This document shows, piece after piece, positions 46,716 to 55,876 of a DNA stretch of 64,000 nt. The translations under genes and the position numbers were made by a program. A model generated the notes under the pieces. It saw only the letters and a program-made list of their open reading frames with translations, was not told the DNA's origin and searched no databases. Origin of the DNA: Corallochytrium limacisporum Hawaii (lineage: Eukaryota > Protista > Pluriformea). Location: positions 250,024-314,023 of the forward strand of contig PDIP01000035.1 in the NCBI GenBank assembly GCA_002811645.1, in the 5' to 3' direction. Position 1 is the stretch's first letter; the number at the start of each line of letters is the position of its first letter.

Positions 46716-47374
46716 TTGATCTTGGCTGAAGAAGAATCCCTTCAATAGATAGGCCTTGGCTCATCATTCCGAGCCCGTGACGTAGTAGCAAGTAATCGGA
46801 ATTGAAACCCCCGGGTGTCTGCTTTCTGTACTGTGGGATATGGGGCTAATCGGTGTCGATGGATGGTGGCAGTGGCCTTCACTGCTTGCGATTACGCCAC
46901 CAGATCTGCGCTCCCAGCTGCTTCTAACTGGCAAATCAGCCGCAGAATGATCCTGCGGGACGCGACGATGGTAGCCATTTGCGAAAGGTTGGTACACCGC
47001 AGTTTAGGCACCCGCCTTGAGCTACGGTACGAATGCATAAGTTCGATTGCAGAGTGATCATCAAGATGGCCAGCAGCTTCGGGATGGTGTAACCCATCTA
47101 CCGATCGAATGGCCATAGTTGCCATTCGGCCGTCATCCCACGGAGATCATTCGACGACCGGACTCGCTTTGGTGACATTGAGCCTCAATGGGTTTCTGTC
47201 TCGCCTTTATGGTGCCTTTACGATGACCGCATCCGTAAAGCTGAAACGATCCTCCGTCCACACCCCGGCGCCGGCGCCACTGTAGGGCAGGAGGATGGAC
47301 GGGTTACAATCCTTCGGGAAAAACACCCGTGTCTATTCTCACATTGTATCGATTCTATTGAAACCAAGATTCAA
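46716..47374 (+). ncRNA. Candidate structured non-coding RNA (unknown family)
   Basis: Nested long-range complementarities plus several local hairpins and a cUUCGg loop; no long ORF; no match to a family I recognise. Confidence 0.3.
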
Positions 47375-47477
47375 GACTGTCACTGCATAATGCTGACCAG
47401 AAGGATTTGAATCTGAATGCTGTCACAGTGATGGAAATGTGGTGACCCTTGTGCGAATCTTTGGGGTAAGCTCAGTC

Positions 47478-50400
47478 TCACAAAAGGGATGTCCATTGGA
47501 GGTCCTCCAGGTGGTCTGGATCACTGGGTAGTTCCTGTGCGGTGAAGATTGCTCTGGGATCCCCATGGTTGCCTGCCACATCGTAGTCGTAGTCCATTCC
47601 AAACTCTTCTTCCGCTTCTTCGTCCTCATCGTGATCCTGCCAGTAGTACTCGTCGTCATCTTCTGGCATCTGAATGAAGTGAAGGCCATTGTCATCCAGT
47701 GTGAGGTGCTTCTCCAACAGAGAGCCGAGGGCTTTGGTGGAATCTTCGGCCATAGTCATACCTTCCCGCAGCTTGTACTCGCTCGGGAACAAAACATCCA
47801 ACTGTGATCCGAGCACGGCTCTGGACATCCACGTATCTGCAATAGCGGATGTGGATCTGCGGGAGATCTTATCCTCTCTTCCATACTCGACCTGCTCGTG
47901 CAGGCGGTCTTGGTCTCCATGGCGCACCACGCATCCGTTCCGCACGGCAAACGTCAGCACCGTCTTCCAGCGCAAATCTGTCAGCAGAAAATCCGGATCG
48001 CCGACAATCACCAACAGACCTTTCGATCGCGTGATGGCCACATTGAATCGACGTGGTTGGTTGACCAGTCCCACACCCTGAGTGAGGTCCAGGCCAAGCG
48101 AGCTTCGGCTGGTGCGCACCGTATTGAGAACTGTGACTCGGCGTTCCTGTCCCTGGTAGTCCTCGACGATACCGACGTCCACGCCAGCCAGACCATCGGC
48201 ACGAAGCATTGTACGCAACCGCCGTACGTGAGATCGAAACGGACAAATTACGGCAATGTCGGTCTGTTTAGCACGACCGCTGTCCACAATCAAGCGACAC
48301 ATATTGGCCGTTCTGACGATCTCGGCTGGATTGTAGAAGCTCGTGGCAAAATCGGCTTCCTGGAGGTCCAGACCAAACACTGGAGCGAACATCAGAGGGA
48401 TGTTCCGATTCGGCAAGTGTTCCCAGCCGAGGAAGCTGTCTGTCTCACGAATGTCTCCAAAGGGCAGTAGTTCATCATGGTAGAACAGATGCGATGGTAC
48501 GTGCAGCAGCTCCATATGGCTACGATAGTTCCGCTTCAGCATCACAATACCCGAACCGATGTTCAAGTTCAGTTTTGCGGCTTCAGTTGTGGCCCTTTGC
48601 CAGAGGTCACCTTGGGGATTTTGCATGTCGGAACCTTCAGTCGGAGTTCCTTCAGCCGCAGCATTGGCATCCGACAGCACGTTGTCACTGATGACAGCGT
48701 AGCAATGATATCTGAGCATCAATCGTCCCATGAGGCTCACGTCATAGCCGTGTTTGCGAGCAAAGCGAGACCGGATGGGCGGGCCCAATTGCTTCGGATC
48801 TCCGGCGAGGACGACCGCTGCGTTTGGTCGGAGCATCGCAAAGGGAACTAGGCTTTCAGGTTCCGTGGCTTGGCCTGCCTCGTCCATACAGAGCACATCA
48901 AACAGACCAGGCATCCCCCGTAGGCGTTTACCACTAGCACGATCCGTATTGTTCTTCTTCTGCTCTGAAACCATCCCGTGTAGCATGGCGGACGCAAGGC
49001 AGGTGGTCACTACAACCTTTAGCGCACATGGCCGGATGGTATGCTTCTCCTGTCCCACGTCTTTGCGATCAATGACGAGATCGCTCATGCGTGGAAGCCG
49101 GAAGCTCGCATCTTCTGGATCAATCAGACAGTATCGTTGCAGACTAATGGGCGTCTCACTCAAGCCACGCTGTGGAGAACACAGGCGCAGCATGTGTGCA
49201 GGACCCAGGTGTCGAGCCAGGCGGGCTGTGAGCACGTCCGCAGCTTGATCACTCGGGGCTACCACTAGCACATTCCTTCGATGCGGCAGGTCGTAGTCAG
49301 CAGGTAATGCCCCGCTTTCGACGTTGACCATACTTTCTCCGTTCGGATAATCGTCACTGATCTTTCTCAATCGCTTCTCATCTTCTTCGCGTTCCTGCCC
49401 CGTTGCGTATACTCGCTTGGTAGCCTCGCCCATGAATTGGTTCAGAATGATCTCCACCAGGGTCTTGGTTTTGCCTGTTCCTGGCGGACCGAACACCAGG
49501 AAAGGCCGACCATTGGCCCACCCCTTGGAAGTCCGGTGCACCGCCTGCTTTTGCTCCAAGTTCAAAGTGGGATCGTAGGTCTTGAGATGGACTGCAGACT
49601 CAACATGGTTTGCATCGGCATCCCTGTCCACCTGCGGTAGCTTAACAGGGTACACGTAGTTGTCAATTCGGAAACTCGAAACAGAAGAGCCCTGAAAATC
49701 TTCCCATTCTTCCAACTCTGGATCAGAATGTGCCATTTCCCACAGACGATGCAGGGCACTGAGCATCAGCCAATCGGCCGAGTTATTGAGGGTAAAGTGT
49801 AGATTACATTTGCTCGCACCTTGACCCGGAACCGGCAACAACAAGCCCTCGGCTTCCCATTGCAGGCAAATCGTGACTTCGCCCCCCACTCTATCCACAT
49901 TCATTACCACACACTGAAACTTTGCCCAGTACATGGCGTGAAAGCGTACCTCAATGGTGTCTCCTCGACGGACTGGGGGTTTTGATTCGATAACCCCCGG
50001 TACTACAGCCTTTGCCAAGCACAGTGGCTGCTGTTTCCGATCTCTCTGCTGCCGCCGGTGGGAAGACCGCACCGCTTTCAGTAGAATGCCCCGCTGGCCG
50101 AACAGACGGAACATGTCTGCTTGTTTCTTGCGCTCTTCCGAGATGAGGAGTAAGGAGTTCCGGACTAGCATTTGTGTGGACGGGTCACAGTCACCCAGGT
50201 TCTGATCAGCGGACAAATAGTTATTGAACCACTTGTACGGGCCCAATGCATTTCTCATATGTCCGGCAATCCGCACATGTTTTTCTGCTCGGATATCTAG
50301 CACGCCACGGTTCTGAGGTTGCGCACGAACGAGCGTAACAAGATCCCCTAAGGTTCCAGGTATGTACGGTGTTGTATAGACTTGGTGAGGGGGGACAAAA

Positions 50401-51407
50401 TCCAGGTCAATCATCCACTGGGGAATAAACGGTCTGGCGCGTGGATTGAACTGTGACTGCATTCCCGGTGGGCACACCGTTCCGCGAACAGGGAGAACAA
50501 TGACCGATTCCGCTGGGTAGGCCACTGTGGGACCCAAGAGGCAGCAAATCCACCCTGTCTTGCCCACAACCTCATTTCGCATCAAATCATGCTCCTTGGC
50601 CCCCGGATTCCCGGATGGTGAATACTTTGCTTGACACTCTAGAGTTACTTTCACGTTGCCATTATCCAGCACCACGCTCTCCTGTGGATCAAGTCGGACT
50701 GTGTACAGCGTGGTGGCCTTCCAGGGTGGACGCGATGATCCATCCCCTTCCTCCTCGCTGTCCCTTTCACTTGCCTCTCTGACGTGACCAAGAGCGGACG
50801 CATTTTCTATCAGAGCGATTTGATTCTCATACAATTCAAAATACAACTGTCCCACAACGTCAATTCCTTGACGTTGACTGAAGGGTTCCTCAATCATGTA
50901 AAATCTGACTGTCCGAACATCCTGGGGCACCTCAACGGTAAGCTCGAGTGCGGTGATGGACTCTTCGTTGTTGGGAATCAACCCATAGTTCAACTCCTTG
51001 TTCTGAAAACGAAACCCCCGACCTATCGTAGCATAATAATTGATTGAGTTATAGTGCCGTTGGGCCATGCGGATAATGTTCCGTACTGTGCGCAGGTGTC
51101 CTTTCGTGCTGTCATCATCGCTCGACGCTGTCTTCAGTGCAGAGATCAACCACTCCACGCGTTCACTTATTGGGGCCCGACGCTCGTAGATGAACCAGTG
51201 CGCCGGATTCTTTGGTCTCCTCTTGAATGATTGTGTGTCTGCTGTGCTACGATGTGCGTTTGACCCTGAACTGCGGGTATCACTGCGGCTAACCGCTTGC
51301 GGCATCCCGTAACCGTTTCGGTGTCTGTAACCATAGTCTGTGGCGTTCGGGTTGGATCGGTTTCCCCTTGTCATGTGTTTCTCTCTACTCGTTCCCCGAT
51401 CACTCAT
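47478..51407 (-). CDS. MOV10: MOV10/SDE3/Armitage-like SF1 (UPF1-family) RNA helicase
   Basis: VPGVIESKPPVRRGD, LNLEQKQAV, FGPPGTGKTKTLVE, APSDQAAD, DEAGQATEPE, LAGDPKQLGP, NYRSH..PSHLFY, SFYNPAE, VEDYQGQE, RRFNVAITR. Confidence 0.88.
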   Translation of the reverse strand: MSDRGTSREKHMTRGNRSNPNATDYGYRHRNGYGMPQAVSRSDTRSSGSNAHRSTADTQSFKRRPKNPAHWFIYERRAPISERVEWLISALKTASSDDDSTKGHLRTVRNIIRMAQRHYNSINYYATIGRGFRFQNKELNYGLIPNNEESITALELTVEVPQDVRTVRFYMIEEPFSQRQGIDVVGQLYFELYENQIALIENASALGHVREASERDSEEEGDGSSRPPWKATTLYTVRLDPQESVVLDNGNVKVTLECQAKYSPSGNPGAKEHDLMRNEVVGKTGWICCLLGPTVAYPAESVIVLPVRGTVCPPGMQSQFNPRARPFIPQWMIDLDFVPPHQVYTTPYIPGTLGDLVTLVRAQPQNRGVLDIRAEKHVRIAGHMRNALGPYKWFNNYLSADQNLGDCDPSTQMLVRNSLLLISEERKKQADMFRLFGQRGILLKAVRSSHRRQQRDRKQQPLCLAKAVVPGVIESKPPVRRGDTIEVRFHAMYWAKFQCVVMNVDRVGGEVTICLQWEAEGLLLPVPGQGASKCNLHFTLNNSADWLMLSALHRLWEMAHSDPELEEWEDFQGSSVSSFRIDNYVYPVKLPQVDRDADANHVESAVHLKTYDPTLNLEQKQAVHRTSKGWANGRPFLVFGPPGTGKTKTLVEIILNQFMGEATKRVYATGQEREEDEKRLRKISDDYPNGESMVNVESGALPADYDLPHRRNVLVVAPSDQAADVLTARLARHLGPAHMLRLCSPQRGLSETPISLQRYCLIDPEDASFRLPRMSDLVIDRKDVGQEKHTIRPCALKVVVTTCLASAMLHGMVSEQKKNNTDRASGKRLRGMPGLFDVLCMDEAGQATEPESLVPFAMLRPNAAVVLAGDPKQLGPPIRSRFARKHGYDVSLMGRLMLRYHCYAVISDNVLSDANAAAEGTPTEGSDMQNPQGDLWQRATTEAAKLNLNIGSGIVMLKRNYRSHMELLHVPSHLFYHDELLPFGDIRETDSFLGWEHLPNRNIPLMFAPVFGLDLQEADFATSFYNPAEIVRTANMCRLIVDSGRAKQTDIAVICPFRSHVRRLRTMLRADGLAGVDVGIVEDYQGQERRVTVLNTVRTSRSSLGLDLTQGVGLVNQPRRFNVAITRSKGLLVIVGDPDFLLTDLRWKTVLTFAVRNGCVVRHGDQDRLHEQVEYGREDKISRRSTSAIADTWMSRAVLGSQLDVLFPSEYKLREGMTMAEDSTKALGSLLEKHLTLDDNGLHFIQMPEDDDEYYWQDHDEDEEAEEEFGMDYDYDVAGNHGDPRAIFTAQELPSDPDHLEDLQWTSLL

Positions 51408-52722
51408 GGTCTTCTATATTGTTGCGGGTCAAATCTATCTATGTCAGCATGCCAGACCATCCGTGCTGCGGATCGTGCGCAGAAAACGTCATGCCCGAGA
51501 GCGCACATCACCTGCGATCAATGCATCAACGTTGTTTTCCTGTGTCACATTGAATTCTAAGACTCTTCCTCGGTAACAGATAGACCTATCTCATCTTTTG
51601 ACACAGGTCTTGAAATAACGTTGCACACAACTCCATTCCACTCGCAATACGAACCGAACAATGCGACAGCGGATCTCAGGCCGATGGTCCCATTTTCTGG
51701 GAGAGGGCCACGGAAAAAGAGCAAGAAAGAGCGGAGGGGAGGGTGAGCCGGACCTTCCAATTTTCTCGAACCCTTCCACAAGCACGCACTGGCTGGTGGG
51801 AACAGAGAGAGCCAAGGCCCACCGGGGCGCCCCCCCCCTCCTCCCATCTGAAGACTGACCTCGCGCGTGAGCAAAACAAAGGAACGTGAGCACGCATTAC
51901 TACGCCGAAGAGATCAGCCCAAAGGCTATAAGTGGCGTGTAGGATTATGAAATAAGTGCAATCATTTGCTTTATTCTCTGGCTCCATTGCCTTCCCGGTA
52001 ATAACTCGAACAGGCCTTCCGCTTTTTCCTGAAGATTTCCGTGCCGGGGAGGACGAGCACCACCGGTGCTGGGGTCCAACAAACAACCATTCAAAGTTGC
52101 GGCCCTTGGCATATGATCAAGGTGTCCGTGAATTTTTTCCTGCCCCTCGTTGGGCTTCTTTCACTACTTCTCCAGGTCTCGACTTATCTGCAATCTCTGT
52201 CCACAGGAAACAATGAAGCTGACTCACAAACTCGCTCGTATCTTCATTTTGCTCTCCTTGCCTCTGGCTGTAAAGTCAACCATCCTCTGCTTCTCTTTAT
52301 TCTGTGACGATATCAATAGTAAACATACCTCTTGGATGTCCGCAGGCAGCAATACGCCTCGGATCGTGTGCTTGCGGCGCCGCCAGTCGCGCGCGTTCTA
52401 TACTCGTGCCTCACCCTTCTGAACGAAATATTCCACTCTCTGTAGTGTAAATGTACTGCGTATTTCCTTTGAGGATACCCTGAATCCACAAATTGCATCC
52501 CATACTAAATATACCAGTGATTTTTCGATACGGTGGGTGACACGGTGTTGGCCGACACCTCTTTACAGAATAGTGGTAGGATCCAGTATCGCCTCGGATC
52601 TTGTGCGCATGGTGATGCTCCAACTGGGACGGGTGCACTGCATTCCGTGCAGAGCGGACGTAGCAGCCGGTTGCTCAGTGCCCGGGTCACGTTCACTGCC
52701 GAAGGCCGTCCCGAGCACGGTC

Positions 52723-52774
52723 ATGACGCTGATGCTGCGTGGACGATGATGACGCTGATGCTGCGTGGACGATG
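52723..52774. repeat. Perfect 26-bp direct tandem duplication
   Basis: atgacgctgatgctgcgtggacgatg twice (52723-52748, 52749-52774). Confidence 0.93.
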
Positions 52775-53078
52775 AGAAAGAACAGCAAACCAGATTGATG
52801 GTGGTGCGGCATGGCAATCGCTCGGTGGCCAACCGTAGCTGTGAGACAGTGGCAGTGCCTCTAGAATTGAGAGAGCAGGAGCTAGCGAACGGGTTCTGAC
52901 CACGTCAAGATGGGGCATGCACCGCTGCGCATCTGGCACGTGGCGTGAATCACAAACTTGAAATTAACTAAACCTCATGCGTGCTGATTGTATACATGTG
53001 ATACAGAATATCTTTGTTTTAAAACAATTGTGAGTCTTGAAATCCGCGGGGTTGGTTTTGTAATATTGTGAAAGCCCC

Positions 53079-53987
53079 TTACTTCTTACCCTTTTCCTTG
53101 CCTTCCCCGTCCTTCTTGTTGAATCGCCCACCCTGACCACGGACGCGACGCATGGCATGCTTGTGTCGAGATTCGTGGAGGTACTTTTGACGCTCCTTGG
53201 GCAGACGGTTCTCGGCCTCGAGTTTCTGCCTTGCCGCCCGCCGCTTCAGGATGCGATGGTACTGTTTCGCGTTGACGTACAACGGTTCCTCCTCTGCGGG
53301 CTGTTCAACACCACCGGTTGCTCCAGCAGCCATTTGCATGCTCCGGTACATGTGTTGGAACATCATCGGGAAGAACGCCGGGTTGACCGCCGGGTTCGCA
53401 CCACCGGCACCCCCCGCGCCTCCGGCGGCAGCTGCCGCGGCCGCCATTTGGGGCCATGCCGCGGCCATCATTTGCTCGGGAGTCTGGCCAGCCTGTGCTG
53501 ATCCATCCGCTCCTCCCTCGGCACCGCCACCATCCTCGTCGTCGTTATCGTGATCCGCGCTCGCACGTTGGCCGGCGTTCGGATCCGCTGGGGCGCCTGC
53601 AGCCGCTGCGTTCTGATAGGCTGCAGCGTAGTTTGCATAATTGTAGGCCGCTGCTTGCTGTTCTGCGGTGGTACTACCATTGGCCGCGCCACTCTGGTCC
53701 CCAGCCTGCGCTCCCTGCTGGGCCATCATGGCCTGATGCTGCTGTGCGGCTGCGGCAGCCAGCTGTGCCATGTTTACGTTCATATCCTGTCCGGCAGCTG
53801 TGTTCATCATGCCGGGGTAAAATCCTGCCAGGGTGCCTGCAGCCTGGACAATATCAAATACTTCGTTGTTGTCTTCCTCTTGGGCGCGGGCCCCTTTTCT
53901 GCCTGCGCTATGTGGAGCAGTACCGTTTACTGACGATCCTGTTGTCTTATCTTTACCAGCTGCACTGCGGGTACTACGCACTGCCAT
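53079..53987 (-). CDS. NFYA: Nuclear transcription factor Y subunit A (Hap2)
   Basis: [25 protein letters not shown]...[22 protein letters not shown]; Q/A/M-rich N-terminal region. Confidence 0.97.
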   Translation of the reverse strand: MAVRSTRSAAGKDKTTGSSVNGTAPHSAGRKGARAQEEDNNEVFDIVQAAGTLAGFYPGMMNTAAGQDMNVNMAQLAAAAAQQHQAMMAQQGAQAGDQSGAANGSTTAEQQAAAYNYANYAAAYQNAAAAGAPADPNAGQRASADHDNDDEDGGGAEGGADGSAQAGQTPEQMMAAAWPQMAAAAAAAGGAGGAGGANPAVNPAFFPMMFQHMYRSMQMAAGATGGVEQPAEEEPLYVNAKQYHRILKRRAARQKLEAENRLPKERQKYLHESRHKHAMRRVRGQGGRFNKKDGEGKEKGKK

Positions 53988-55619
53988 GCTTCATACAATG
54001 CTCTCTATTTCCTTGTCTGATTTCTCCGTGCGGGGCTCGGCAGTGGTTAATGCATTCTCTTTCACCACCGACCTATGTAGCAACCTCGTAGCACCCGGAA
54101 ATCACGTTGAAATATACACTGAACCTTGTACGCTGCACACCGAGATATGTTTCGGTGCTTTCTGAAATAGGATACAGTAATGATCCCTGCACAGTAGTGA
54201 AATATGGGAAACACAGTCCTACGCCGTGGACAAATCATCGCCACGTCCATTAAAGCGCTCTTCCTCCGACACAAGCTGATGATGAAAAGTTTCACGGACG
54301 ACACACGCAAAATGCGACAAGAAAGAAACGAAATCTCCCAACACCCAAAAGATCCCAAAAAGTTCCAAGGTATTCGTCTCCGGCACACTCACACACACAC
54401 GCAGAAATATTAGAACCCCACCCCAACCAACCAACCAACCCCTCCCGGTTTTTTTTTTCTTTTTGGTATTTTTGCACCCACATTTTTCTCGCGCGCCAAA
54501 GTCCGTACATCCACCACCCACCACCCGTCCCCCTCCCGCCGTTTCCTCGTTCTCCTGGTGGTTGGCTGGCCATTTTTTTGCCCGCAAGACGCGGAAAAGA
54601 AAAGAAAGGAAAGGCGGGTGGTGGTGGTGGGGAAGCGGGCAACAAAGAAATAAAGGCACACAAAAGTGAAAGAACGGTGGAAGCCCAATCCCCACTCTCC
54701 CTTCGCCCCGAACCAAAGCCACTCAGAAAATGCTTTAAGGTAAAAGTGAAAGAAAAATGAAATAAAAAACAAAGCCACGGACTATACACACAGCCGGTTC
54801 CTGTCCCACCCTTCGTTTCCTCCGACGACCACAAAGGAAGAAAAAATGGAAAACTAAGGCAAGGCGGGAAAAAGAATGATGTGCTAAAGGCTTTAATAAA
54901 AAGGGGGTAAAATTAAAGTTTGAGAGAAAAAGCAAAACCAAAAAAAAAAAAAAAAAACAAGGAGCGGGGGCCGGAATAAACCGTCGCTGGAGAAGCGCGG
55001 ACGGGGAGAAGGGGGATATTTCAGCACTAAGATTTTCTATGGAACTACGGGTTGGTCCTGTTCGTCGGCGGTGGTGGGACACCTCCCTCCACTACCACTC
55101 TCCTTCCTCGGGCTCTTTCCTTCTCCTCCTCCTCCTCCTCCCTCCCCCCTCCAAAACCCCTTTTCATTTTTTCTTCATGCTTTTCCCCCATTTTTTATTG
55201 GGCTTCAGGCCTTGGCGGGTCGGTCAGCAAAGGGATCCTCCCAACCCACCCCATCTGCGACCGCGAGCAGGGACACACACACACACAATCAAAAGAAAAA
55301 GCAAACTCACACACCCCGTTCTGTCACTACTCAGACTCAAGCACTGAAAGTATGGGGAATTTTCTGCGCAAAAGATTTGAAAGCAATGCGGAAACCACAG
55401 AGAGCGAGAAGGAGAAGAGAGAAAAGAGCGAGTAGAGCGGGAGAGTGGTGGACAGGGTCCCTACTCCGCCCCCTATCCCGCCTAGTGCGTGGCCCACAAA
55501 AAAGTAAGTAAAAAATAGAAAAATGCTTGGGTTCTCTTTGTCCAGGCGAGGAGAGCGAAGGACGACGGAAAGGGAACTCGGAGAGGGGGAATTTGTGACA
55601 GGGAGACAAATACGCGCTA

Positions 55620-55722
55620 TGATTGGTTGACAATTTAGCCAATCAAAAGGCGGGAAATCGGTGGGGGAGCCGCTCGAGAGGGGATCAATCGCCGTCAACC
55701 GATCGCCGAGGATGGATTGGGC
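55620..55722. promoter_or_regulatory. CCAAT box cluster upstream of NF-YA
   Basis: tgATTGGtt (core 55622-55626), agCCAATca (55639-55643), ggATTGGgc (55716-55720). Confidence 0.55.
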
Positions 55723-55876
55723 TACGCAGTAAGATAGTGGATGATGACACGCACATAAGGAGGAACACAGACACAGCCAGATACAGATCTTGCAAAAATG
55801 TACAATAACTACGGGGTGTATCTATGGATGAGAAAATGAATTTTGGGGGTTGTCGTGCCGGCTGGATGCTTGATGC

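Noticed and set aside
47093-47410. 106-codon stop-free frame as a pseudogene
   Set aside because: No early ATG and no recognisable homology; upstream stops occur at a random-like frequency
32270-51407. Functional RNA-decay cluster of CNOT9 and the MOV10-like helicase
   Set aside because: Genes are 14 kb apart with an unrelated gene between them; eukaryotic neighbourhood alone is not evidence
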